A stretch of 64,000 nt of DNA from Mobula hypostoma. Lineage: Eukaryota. Where the stretch lies: contig NC_086101.1 of the NCBI RefSeq assembly GCF_963921235.1, positions 1,364,001 to 1,428,000 on the forward strand, given 5' to 3'. The position numbers and the translations under genes were made by a program. A model generated the notes under the pieces. The model did no database searches, was not told the origin of the DNA, and saw nothing but the letters and a program-made list of their open reading frames with translations. Of this stretch, positions 1 through 11,830 are shown in pieces (the stretch's first letter is position 1; each line of letters begins with the position of its first letter).

Positions 1-478
1 AGTTAGGAATAGTTAAATAGTTGCTCAGAAACCCTTTTCTCCACTAATGGGACGACATGTCATCAAGAAACTGAACCTCACTGGAAGGTTTGATTCACTA
101 AACAATATTCAGTGGCAGGAGAAGTACTTGGAGTCATTCACAGACTTGGGGGTACTGAAAGAAGAGTACCTTATCCAACTGAGGCCAGAAGTGACACCAT
201 ACTCTCTGCCCACAGCGAGGCATATCCCAGCCATATTGATAAACAAAGACAAAGCTGAACTTGAGAGAATTCTAGACATTTTAACTAGAATGGACCTACT
301 GATTGGTGTGTGGGCATTGTTCCTGTTCCCAAACCAGATGGCACAGTGAGGATCTGTGTTGATCCAACAAAATTGAATAATGCAGTGAGGCGAGAGAAGT
401 TTATTCTGCCCTCTGCTGAGAACATATTGGGTACGCTGGGTGGAACAAAGATCTTCACCAAACGAGATGCAAACTCTG
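1..478 (+). mobile_element. Ty3/Gypsy LTR retrotransposon pol fragment (start of reverse transcriptase), degenerate
   Basis: ORFs 47-349 and 310-552 give IQLRPEVTP..., IVPVPKPDGTVRICVDPTKLN...FTKRDANS, typical Gypsy RT motifs. Frameshifted; switches to CR1 sequence at about 479. Confidence 0.8.
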
Positions 479-1860
479 AAGCATGTAAGAATGGAACAGT
501 AGTTATCATGGAGAACTTTAATTTGAACATAGATTGGGTGAATCAAGTTTGAGGCAGTCTTGAGGAGGACTTCATAGAATGCATTTGTGATGGCTTTCTT
601 GAACAGCATGTTACTGAACCTACAAGGGAACGTGCTATCTTAGATCTGGTCCTGTGCAATGAGACAGGTAAAATTAGTGATCTTGCAGTTAGGAATCCTC
701 TTGGAAAGAGTGATCACAGTACAACTGAGTTTCTCATACAAATGGAGAGTGAAATAGTTCAATCTAAAATCAGTGTATTATGCCCAAACAATGGAAACTA
801 TAATGTAATGAGGGAGGATTTGGCTAGTGTAGACTGGGAACACAGGCTATATGGTGGGACAGTTGAGGAACAGTGGAAGACTTTCAAAGATTTTCCATGG
901 TGGTCAAAAAAAGTATATTCCAGTAAAAAGCAAGAACAGTAAGGGAGGGGAGAGCTAGCCTTGGATAACTAAACAGGGGACCAATATCCTGGCAGGGACA
1001 TGAGCTAAGGCTGTTAGGGAGAGTTTCAACTAGAATTGCTGGAGGGGTGAGAACAGAACTGAAGAGATGGAGAAAGGGGCGATTGGCTCACAAATAGAGA
1101 AATCTTGTAGACAGTGAGAGAGGGAGTATAGGCAGGTGATAGAGATGGGATACGCTCAGACTGATGGTTTGAGATATGTCTATTTTAATGCAAGGAGTAT
1201 CATGAACAAAGCAGATGAGCTTGGAGCATGGGTCAACACTTGGAGCTATGATGTTGTGGCCATTAAGGAGACTTAGATGGCTCAGGGGCAGGAATGGTTA
1301 CTTAGAGTGAGGGAGGGAGGGAGGCAAAAGAGTTTGGGGCGTGGCACTGCTGTCAGATATAGTATCACAGCTGCAGAAAGGGAGGAAGTCATGGAGGGAT
1401 TGTCTACTGAGTCTTTGTGGGTGGAAGTTAGCAACAGGAAGGGGTCAATAACTCTACTGGGTGCTTTTCATAGACCACTCAACAATAACAGGGATATTGA
1501 GGAGCAGATAGGGAGACAGATTCTGGAAAGGTGTAATAATAACAGGGTTGTCATGGTGGGAGATTTTAATTTCCCAAATATTGATTGGCATCTCCCTCGA
1601 GCAAGGGGTTTAGATGGGGTGGAGTTTGTCAGGTGTGTTCAGGAAGGTTTCCTGACACCTGATCTGGATGAGGAAGTGGGGTGATGGGTGAGTAAATTTG
1701 CTAATGACACAAAGGTTAGGGGTGTTCTGGATAGTGTGGGGGGCTGTCAGAGGTTACAGTGGGACATTGATAGGATGCAAAACTGGGCTGAGAAGTGGCA
1801 GATGGTGCTCAACCCAGATAAGTGTGAGGTGGTTCATGTTGGTAGGTCAAATCAAATTTG
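479..1860 (+). mobile_element. Patchwork of degenerate CR1 LINE fragments (APE endonuclease and RT pieces)
   Basis: GDFNFPNIDW and ESLWVE endonuclease motifs (ORF 1277-1684), SKFA(N/D)DTK-type RT piece near 1690; many stops. Confidence 0.8.
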
Positions 1861-1884
1861 GTAGGGGAAGTCTGGGACAGCACA

Positions 1885-4800
1885 ACTGTCCCTGAGACTA
1901 CACCTGTAAAAAGTGCATCTAGCTGCAGCTCCTGACAAACCGAGTCAGGGAACTGGAGCTAGGGCTGGATGAACTTTGGATCATTCCTGAGGCAGAGGCA
2001 GAAATAGACAGGAGTTTCAGGGAGATAGTCACCCCTAAAAGTCAGGAGGCAGGTAGCTGGGTGACTGTCAGGAGAGGGAAGGGGAATAGACAGAATGAGC
2101 AGAGCATCCCTGTGGCCATTCCCATCAATAATAAGTATACCGTTTTGGATACTGTTGGTGGGGATGACCTACCAGGGACAAGTGGTAGTGGTCGCGTCTC
2201 TGGCACCGAGACTGGACCCTCGGCTCAGAATGGAAGGAGGAAAAGGGGAGAGCAGTAGTGATAGGGGATTCGATAGTTAGGAGGACAGATAAAAGGTTCT
2301 GGGGGAAAGATCAAGAATTCCGGATGGTCTGTTGCCTCCCTGGTGCTAGGGTCCGCAATATCTCGGATCGAATTCTCGGTATTCTCGAGCAAGAGTGAGC
2401 AGCCAGATGTCGTGGTCCATGTAGGGACCAATGACGTGGATAGGAAGGAGGATTCGACACATGAAGTTTTGGTTCCTTGACCAAGATACACTATCCATTC
2501 CTAAATGGGTAGTATTGGAATTACAATCTGCTCAAGGTTATGCACTTGGCTCCATTTTAGGTTCTTCTCTTCCTTTTGATTTGAAACGCCATAAACAAGT
2601 TTGTAACCCGATAGTTAAACATACCTTACGCATTTGGTTTCAATTCCAAAAATTTTTCGATCTTAATCAATTTGGGCTAGCGATTCCTATTCTAGGCAAC
2701 ATATTCTTTCCCCCTTCCTCTACGGACCGTGCCTTTCAAATCTGGAAGACTAATGGTATATCATGGTTTTTGGATTTATTTTTAGATGGCTCCCTTATGT
2801 CTTTTGAACAATTATCTGACAAATATAACTTACCAAGAATATATTTTTTTAGATATCTCCAAGTTAGAAATTTCCAAAGTATTATACTTTCTTCCTTACC
2901 CCCTACATATATTTTAGACATTATAATTAACCTTAACCCATGTCAGAAAGGTGTAATGGCTATTATTTATAATACTATCGTGAAATGTAGGAAAGCTCCA
3001 TTCGATAAGATTAGGTCTGATTGGGAAAAGGAATTGGGCTTTACTATTTTGGCGGATGACTGGGCGCATATTGTACAACTTGTCAATACTTCCTCTATTG
3101 GTTCCAAACATTCCCTAATTCAATTTAAAGTTGTTCATAGAGCACATATGTCTAAAGATAAATTAGCTCGTTTTTACTCTCATATTAATCCTCTTTGTGA
3201 TAGATGTCATGGGGAGATAGCCTCCTTAACTCATATGTTTTGGTCCTGTCCTACTCTTGAAACTTTTTGGAAAGACATTTTTAATATTATCTCAAAGGTA
3301 TTGAATACAGATATTTCTCCCCATCCTATTACTGCTATCTTTGGATTACCTAAAACTTCCAGTAATCTTTCCCCTTCAGCCCTTAGAATGATTGCATCTC
3401 TTACTTTAATGGTGAAAAGATGTATTTTACAACATTGGAAGGAGATTAATGCCCCAACTACGTTTTTTTGGTTTTCTCAAACGATACTATGTTTAAATTT
3501 GGAAAAAATCAGAAGTAATCTTTATGATACTTCAGTTAAATTTGAACAGACCTGGAGATCTTTTATTCAACATTTTCATTTAATGTAACTTTTTTTTCTC
3601 TTTGACCATATTTACATTCCCTTCTTGGTTTTTAACTGTTATTAATGGAGGTCGGGTTTGAGGACGTGATTGTTTAAGTTGCTTAAGTTTACTTGATACC
3701 TAGTTAGCCCATTGCTTTGCTTTGCTTTTTAGGTTAGTTGCACGGTGGTTTTTTTTTGGGGGGTCTTTTTTTGTTTTTTTTCTTCTCCTTATTGATATAT
3801 ATGGAAAATTAGTATACTACTATATTACCTCATTATTTTATAACTAAACTGCACTGTTTGTACTTATTTTTGTATTAATATCTCTTGTAAATTCATACCG
3901 CAACAGTGTATTAGTTTCTATATGTTTTACCTTTTGTGTACTAATTCAATAAAAAGATTTAAAAAGAAAGAAAGGAAGGAGGAGGAGGTCCTGCAAAGAG
4001 AGTTTAGGGAATTAGGTGCAAAGTTGAAGGACAGGACCTCCAGGGTTGCAATCTCAGGATTGCTACCCGTGCCACGTGCTAGTGAGGCTAGAAATAGGAA
4101 GATAATGCAGCTAAATATGTGGCTAAGGAGATGGTGCAGGAGGAGAGCTTCATGATTCTGGACAATTGGGCTTTGTTCCAGGGAAGGTGGGACCTGTTCT
4201 GACAGGACGGTTTGCACCTGAATTGGAGGGGGACTAACATCCTTGCGGGAAGGTTTGCTAATGCTGCTCCGGGGGGTTTAAACTAGATTTGCAGGGGGAG
4301 GGGAACCAGAGTGTTACAGCAGATAGTGAAGTGGAAGAGGATAAAGGTCATGAGAGGACTGTATGTACAGACAGAAATCAAAGGATTGTACGTGTTAGAA
4401 ATGTTCTCAGGTGCATCAATTTCAATACAAGGAGTATTGTAGGTAAGGCAGATGAGTTTAGGGTGTGGATTGCCATGTGGGATTATGATATTATTGCTAC
4501 TAGTGAGGCTTGGTTGCAGGAGGGGCAGGACTGGCAGCTTAATGTTCCGGGGTTCTGTTGTTTCAGGCGTGACAGAGGAGGAGGGATGACAGGGGGAGGA
4601 GTGGCATTACTAGTCAGGGAAAATATCACAGCTGTGTGTAGACAGGACAGCCCGGAGGGCCACATGGGTGGAGCAGAGGAACGGGAACGGTGTGACCACC
4701 CTAATAGGGTTATATTATAGACCAACCAATAGTTAGAGAGAATTGGAGGAGCAAATCTGCAGAGAGATATCAGACTAATGTAAGAAACAGAAAGTTGTAA

Positions 4801-7225
4801 TAGTTAGGGATTTTAGCTTTCCACATACTGACTGGGACTCCCACACTGTGAAAGGGCTGGATGGTTTTGAGATTGTCAATTGTGTTCAGGAAAGTTTTCT
4901 AAATTAATATATAGAGGTATATAGAGAAGATGCAATACTTGATCTCCTATTGGCGAACCAGACAGGTCAGGTGACAGAAGTATGTGTAGGCAAACATTTT
5001 GGGTCCAGTGACCATAATATCATTAGTTTCAAGTTAATTATAGACAACAATAGTCTGGTCCTAGAGATAAGGTTCTAAGTTGGAGAAAGGCCAATTTTGT
5101 GGAAATGAGAAAGGACCTAGGAAGAGTGGATGGGGATGAGTTGTTTTCTGACAAGGATGTGTTCAGTAAGTGGAAGGTCTTCAAAGGCGAAATTTTGAGA
5201 GTGCAGAGTTTGCATGTTCCTGCCAGGATTAAAGGCAAAGTTAACAGGCATAGGGAACCTTGGTTTTCAAGGAATATTGGTGACCTAGTTAGGAAAAAGA
5301 AAGAGGTGTATAGCAGGTATAGGCAACTAGGAACAAATGAGACACTTGAAGAGCATAGAAAATGTAAGAAAATAGTGAAGAAGGAAATCAGGAAGGCAAA
5401 AAGAAGACATGAGCTTGCTTTGGCAGATAATGTGAAGGTAAACCCAAAGGGTTTCTGCAAGTATATTAAGAGTAAAAGGATAGTGTGAGACAAAATTGGT
5501 CCCCGAGAAGATCAAAGTGGGCGTCTATGTGTGGAGCCTCACGAGATGGGGGAGATCTTAAACAATTTTTTTGCATCAGTATTTACTCAGCAAACTGGCA
5601 TAGCGTATATGGAAGGAAGGGAAACAAGCAGCAGTGTCATGGAACATACGGAGATTAAAGAGGAGGAGGTGCTTGCTGTCTTACAGCGAATAAAGGTAGA
5701 TAAATCCCCCGGGCCTGACATGATATTTCCTCAGACCTTGAGAGAGACTAGTGTAGAAATTGCAGGGGCCCTGGCAGAAATATTTAAAATGTCCTTTGCC
5801 ACAGGTGGGGTGCCAGAGGACTGGAGGGTAGCTCATGTTGTTCCGTTGTTTAAAAAAGGCTTTAAAAGTAAACCAGGTAATTACAGGGTGGTGACCCTGA
5901 CATCAGTGGAAGGTAAATTATTGGAAGGTGTTCTGAGAGATCAGAAATACAAGTATTTGAACAGCCAAGGGCTGATTAAGGATGGACAGCAGGCTTTGTG
6001 CGTGGTAGATCGTGTTTAATGAATCTTGTAGAGTTTTTCGAGGAGGTTACCAAGAAAGTAGATGAAGGAAAGGCTGTGGATGTTGTCTACATGGACTTTA
6101 GTAAGGCCTTTGACAAGGTCCCACGTGGGAGGTTAGTTCAGAAGGTTCAGACACTAGGTATCCATGGAGAGGTTGTAAACTGGATTCGAAATTGGCTGTG
6201 TGGGAGAAGACAGAGAGTGATAGTGGATAATTGCTTCTCAGACTGGAGGCCTGTGACTAGTGGTGTGCCTCAGAGATCTGTGCTGTGACCATTTTTGTTT
6301 GTTGTCTATATCAATGATCTAGATGATAATGTAGTAAATTGGATCAGCAAGTTTGCTGATGACACTAAGATTGGAGGCTTCAAAGCTTACACAGGGATCT
6401 GGACCAACTGGAAAAATGGCCCAGAAAATGGCAGTTGGAATTTAATGCAGATAAGTGTGAGGTGTTGCATTTTGGAAGGACAAATCACGGTAGGATATAC
6501 ACAGTAAATGCCGGGCACTGAGGAGTGCAGAGGAACAAAGGGATCTGGGAGTTCAGATACATAAATCCCTGAAAGTGGCGTCACAGGTAGACAGGTTTGT
6601 AAAGAAGACTTTTGGCATTCTAGCATTCATAAACCAAAGTACTTAGTATTGGAGTTGGGATGTTATGGTGAGGTTGTATAAGACATTGGTGAGGCCAAAT
6701 TTGGAATATTGTGTACAGTTCTGGTCACCTAACCATAGGAATGATATCAGTAAGATTGAAAGAATGCAGAGAAGATTTACTAGGATCTTGCCGGGTCTTC
6801 AGGAGATGAGTTACAGGGAAAGATTGAACAGGTTAGGACTTTATTCCTTGGAACGTAGAAGAATGAGGGGAGATTTGATAGAGGTTTACAAAATTATGAG
6901 GGGTATAGACAGAGTAAATGCGAATAGGCTCTTTCCATTTAGATTAGGAGAGATAAATACGAGAGGACATGGCTTTAGGGTGAAAGGAGAAAGGTTTAGG
7001 GGCAGCATTGGGGGGACTTCTTCACTCAGAGAGTGGTGCGAGTGTGGAACGAGCTGCCATCTGACGTGGTAAATGCGGGCTCACTCTTAAGTTTTAAGAA
7101 TAAATTGGATAGATACATGGATGGGAGAAGTCTGGAGGGTTATGGACTGGGTGCAAGTTAATGGGACTAGAAGGGCCTAATGGCCTGTTTTCTGTACTGT
7201 AGTATTCTCTGGTTCTATGGTTCTA
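1885..7225 (+). mobile_element. Long degenerate CR1 LINE (ORF1 esterase region, ORF2, 3' tail), split by an L1-type insertion
   Basis: ORF1 motifs PVAIPINNKY, GDSIVRG, SGLLPVPRA; ORF2 pieces [42 protein letters not shown]; (TTCTATGG)-like tail near 7205-7225. Multiple frameshifts. Confidence 0.9.
2453..3972 (+). mobile_element. 5'-truncated L1/Tx1-type LINE (ORF2 C-terminus, T-rich 3' UTR, A-rich tail)
   Basis: Open frame to 3588 with C-terminal CCHC motif CDRCHGEIASLTHMFWSC; AATAAA and A-rich tail at 3948-3972; 11-bp TSD AGGAAGGAGGA at 2442-2452 and 3973-3983. Confidence 0.9.
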
Positions 7226-7419
7226 AATATGATGGCAGAATATGGTATTAATGGTAAAAGTCTTGGCAGTGTGGAGTATCAGAGGGATCTTGGCTCTGAG
7301 TCCATAGGACACTCAAAGCTGCTGCGCAGGTTGACTCTGTGGTTAAGAAAGCATACGGTGCATTGACCTTCACAAGCCGTGGGACTGAGTTCAAGAGCTC
7401 TAGAAACTGCCTAGAATAA

Positions 7420-7765
7420 AGCGGAAAGAGTAGTGCAAACTATTCAGAGCCTCGTACTGAAGGCAAAAGAGTCCTACAAAACACTGTTAGATTATCGCTC
7501 CACACCCTTTGCAAATGGGTACAATATTTCAGAGTTGTTAATGGGCCAGAGACTGAGAACAAAGCTGCCTGTTCTTCCTTCCCTTCTCCAAGCTCACCTA
7601 CTGGACTTAGACAAAGTGAGAAATATTGAGGCAACACAGCATGAGAAAACGAAGAGCATTCATGATCTCAGACAGAGAACAAAATCTTTGTCACTCCTCA
7701 GTAGTGGTGAAGGAATTCGGGTTTCAGATTAGTTCACCAAATGAATGATAGTCCAGCAGCATGCC
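7420..7765 (+). mobile_element. Ty3/Gypsy integrase C-terminal fragment
   Basis: AERVVQTIQSL...LLDYRSTPFANGYNISELLMGQRLRTKLP (ORF 7433-7732). Confidence 0.8.
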
Positions 7766-7894
7766 AAGTCAAGTCAAGTCGCTTTTATTGTCATTTCAAC
7801 CATAACTGCTGGTACAGTACACAGTTAAAACAAAACAACATTCCTCCAGGACTATGGTGCTGCATGAAACAACACAAAACTACATTAGACTACA
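7766..7894 (-). mobile_element. Rex/Babar-type 3' UTR and (GACTT)n tail, left part of a split element (continues at 10022-10031 and 18351-18465)
   Basis: Reverse-complement similarity to the 3' UTR at about 24900-25144; AAGTC repeats at 7766-7780. Confidence 0.7.
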
Positions 7895-10012
7895 TTGATT
7901 GGTAGGTGGGAAGCCTTCAAAGGGGAAATTTTGAGAGTGCAGAGTTTGTATGTTCCTGTCAGGATTAAAGGCAAATTGAAAAGGAATAAGGAACCTTGGT
8001 TCTCAAGGGATATTGCAACTCTGATAAAGAAGAAGAGGGAGTTGTATGAAATGTATAGGAAACAGGGGGTAAATCAGGTGCTTGAGGAGTATAAGAAGTG
8101 CAAGAAAATACTTAAGAAAGAAATCAGGAGGGCTAAAAGAAGACATGAGGTTGCCTTGGCAGTCAAGGTGAAGGATAATCCAAAGAGCTTTTACAAGTAT
8201 ATTAACAGCAAAAGGATTGTAAGGGATAAAATTGGTCCTCTTGAAGATCAGAGTGGTCGGCTATGTGCAGAACCAAAGGAAATGGGGGAGATCTTAAATA
8301 GGTTTTTTGCGTCTGTATTTACTAAGGAAGCTGGCATGAAATTTATGAAATTGAGGGAATCAAGTAGTGAGACCATGGAAACTGTACAGATTGAAAAGGA
8401 GGAGGTGCTTGCTGTCTTGAGGAAAATTAAAGTGGATAAATCCCCGGGACCTGACAGAGTGTTCCCTCGGACCCAGAAGAAGACTAGTGTTGAAATTGCG
8501 GGGGCCCTAGCAGAAATATTTAAAATGTCGCTGTCTACGGGTGAAGTGCCGGAGGATTGGAGAGTGGTTCATGTTGTTCTGTTGTTTAAAAAAGGATCGA
8601 AAAGTAATCCGGGAAATTATAGGCCGGTGAGTTTAACGTCAGTAGTAGGTAAGTTATTGGAGGGAGTACTAAGAGACAGAATCTACAAGCATTTGGATAG
8701 ACAGGGGCTTATTAGGGAGAGTCAACATGGCTTTGTGTGTGGTAGGTCATGTTTGACCAATCTGTTGGAGTTTTTCGAGGAGGTTACCAGGAAAGTGGAT
8801 GAAGGGAAGGCAGTGGATATTGTCTACATGGACTTCAGTAAGGCCTTTGACAAGGTCCCGCATGGGAGGTTAGTTAGGAAAATTCAATCGCTAGGTATAC
8901 ATGGAGAGGTGGTAAATTGGATTAGACATTGGCTCGATGGAAGAAGCCAGAGAGTGGTGGTAGAGAATTGCTTCTCTGCGTGGAGGCCTGTGACTAGTGG
9001 TGTGCCACAGGGATCAGTGCTGGGTCCATTGTTATTTGTCATCTATATCAATGATCTGGATGATAATGTGGTAAATTGGATCAGCAAGTTTGCTGATGAT
9101 ATAAAGATTGGAGGTGTAGTAGACAGTGAGGAAGGTTTTCAGAGTCTGCAGAGGGACTTGGACCAGCTGGAAAAATGGGCTGAAAAATGGCAGATGGAGT
9201 TTAATACAGACAAGTGTGAGGTATTGCACGTTGGAAGGACAAACCAACGTAGAACATACAGGGTTAATGGTAAGGCACTGAGGAATGCAGTGGAACAGAG
9301 GGATCTGGGAATACAGATACAAAATTCCCTAAAAGTGTCGTCACAGGTAGATAGGGTTGTAAAGAGAGCTTTTGGTACATTGGCCTTTATTAATCGAAGT
9401 ATTGCGTATAAGAGCTGGAATGTTATGATGAGGTTGTATAAGGCATTGGTGAGGCCGAATCTGGAGTATTGTGTTCAGTTTTGGTCACCAAATTACAGGA
9501 AGGATATAAATAAGGTTGAAAGAGTGCAGAGAGGGTTTACAGGGATGTTGCCGGGACTTGAGAAACTCAGTTACAGAGCAAGGTTGAATAGGTTAGGACT
9601 TTATTCCCTGGAGCGTAGAAGAATGAGGGGAGATTTGATAGGGGTATATAAAATTATGATGGTTATAGATAGAGTGAATGCAAACAGGCTTTTTCCACTG
9701 AGGCAAGAGGAGAAAAAAAACCAGAGGACATGGGTTAAGGGTGAGGGGGGAAAAGTTTAAAGGGAACATTAGGGGGGGCTTCTTCACACAGGGAGTGGTG
9801 GGAGTATGGAATGAGCTGCCAGACGAGGTGGTAAATGCGGGTTCTTTTTTAACATTTAAGAATAAATTGGACAGATACATGGATGGGAGGTGTATGGAGG
9901 GATATGGTCTGTGTGCAGGTCAGTGGGACTAGGCAGAAAATGGTTTGGCACAGCCAAGAAGGGCCAAAAGGCCTGTTTCTGTGCTGTAGTTTCTATGGTT
10001 TCTATGGTTCTA
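7895..10012 (+). mobile_element. 5'-truncated young CR1 LINE
   Basis: 621-aa open RT frame 7895-9760 (SKFADD, GVPQGSVLGP); (TTCTATGG)n tail; near-perfect TSD TAGACTACA 7886-7894 / TAGACTTCA 10013-10021. Confidence 0.92.
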
Positions 10013-10871
10013 TAGACTTCAGACCTACACGCAGGCAGGACTTCAGGCAGGGCTAGGCTGGGCTGCAGCCCAGGGGTCAGAGCTGCAGAGGGGCCCAAAG
10101 TAGGTAGCTATCATCATGGCGGACAAAAAAAAAAATACGAGAGTGCAGCACAGAAAAGAAAAAAGTAACAAGAAAAAGAGGAGCGTGAGAAAGAAGCATT
10201 AAAAAAGACATTGAAATTGACAGAATTTTTTAAACCTGTTCTCGATGATGCAGCAGTACCATCGCTCTTGTCACAGTCTGAGACCGGTGGACAAATGGAG
10301 ACTTGTTCAACAGCTAGCGCTAGCACCAGCGTTAGCACAGGACCACCGTCCTTGCCACAGTCAGCAGCTAATGCTGAAGAGGCAGACAGCATGACTTTGG
10401 GATTCCCGACCACAGAAGCCTCGAACAACCAAGTCGGGCCGCCATTAATGTTAACGTTACCGCTACTGAGGATCCTTACAGCCCTGATCCTGCTCGCCGG
10501 GGAAAGGAAACGTTTGATGATCCAGTCCCAGCACACTGGGCTAAAAAAAGGGCCGGAGTCCTGCCAGGATAAGGATGTGGCTATCAAAGCTTTGGAACGA
10601 GAATACAAACGGCAGAGATGTTTTTTCTCTAAATTTCACTTCAAACGCAAGCTGGTAAATGGGCAATGGCTCTTATATTCCCCTTCCACCGGCTGTGTGT
10701 TTTGTTTTTCATGCCGCATCTTCAGTGATGGTAACTGTCAGTCCATCTTCGAAACTGGCTTCAGCGACTGGAAACATGCCGCTGAGCGCACAGGAGAGCA
10801 TGAAAATAGCAAACACCGCAGGAAAACGATACTGACCTACGTTACACTAGCGTCTGACAGCGGAAGAATAG

Positions 10872-11731
10872 TGTTACGAGAATACACATAAAATTAAGAT
10901 GTTTGCTGGCCTGGGCTAGCATCAGTGGCATCAGCAGTTGGTCTGCCACCTGCCCTCAGGGGAAGGAGAGATAAGGAACAATGGAGCAGCGTCTGGAGAT
11001 GTGTAATGAAGGGATGTGGGAGGAAGAGCTGTCTGGAGCGGCTCCCCCCCTTTGAACCCTGAACTGTTTGAAGTGATGGACAGGCGATACCCCAGCAGGG
11101 GGATAAAAAGGGACAGGTTCGCTAAGACGGACACACACGCCACCCGAGGTAACGAGACCCTGGAAGCGGTGCGCCTCTCACGAGTGGTGAGAAGTACCGG
11201 ACAACGCACAGGGTGGAAAGGTACGATCAGCGGGAACCCGGTGTGTGTCCGCCCTTGCCTGGGTGCCGGGTTCACTGCAGAGGATCGACCGCATCTGGAG
11301 GAGGGGTCACAGTCGGTGACCTCAGGTGACATCACCAAGGACCCGCCCAAAAGCTGTTTGTGAGCCATCTCGCTGGTCTGTGAGTGAAGCCGTTCTGAAT
11401 GATGAGTTGTTCCTATTCTATCTCTCTCTTCCCCCACGTTGTCCACCGCCATGGCAACGATTACTGCGAACTGAACTACTAAACTGGACTGAACTTTGAG
11501 TCATTTTGAAATTGGTCATTTACCCCTAGACAACGATAGAGCTTGATTGATGCTGTTATCTTAATTCTGTGCACATGTGTGTTTATCATCACTGAACTGT
11601 TGCATTTATTATCCTTTCGATTACTGTGTTGCTTGTTTCTTTAATAAAACTTTCTTAGTTCTAGTACTCCAGACTCCAACTGAGTGATCCATTTCTGCTG
11701 GTTTGGCAACCCAGTTACGGGGTACGTAACA
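10872..11731 (+). repeat. 5' LTR (860 bp)
   Basis: Direct repeat of 14977-15856; TG...CA ends with 7-bp inverted termini; AATAAA at 11643-11648. Confidence 0.95.
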
Positions 11732-11735
11732 TAAG

Positions 11736-11754
11736 TGGGGTTCTCGTCCGCGAT
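11736..11754 (+). promoter_or_regulatory. Primer binding site, tRNA-Pro-like
   Basis: TGGGGTTCTCGTCCGCGAT just after the 5' LTR resembles the tRNA-Pro PBS TGGGGGCTCGTCCGGGAT. Confidence 0.75.
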
Positions 11755-11830
11755 TTTGAACGCTAAATTTGGGACGGAGTAAATTGATTGGGTTAAAATT
11801 CCCGAAAGAAAGAAAAGACAAACAGCAGAA

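Noticed and set aside
10931..11452. ORFs within the LTRs (also 15036-15473)
   Set aside because: Appear twice only because the LTR is duplicated; no recognisable protein motifs.
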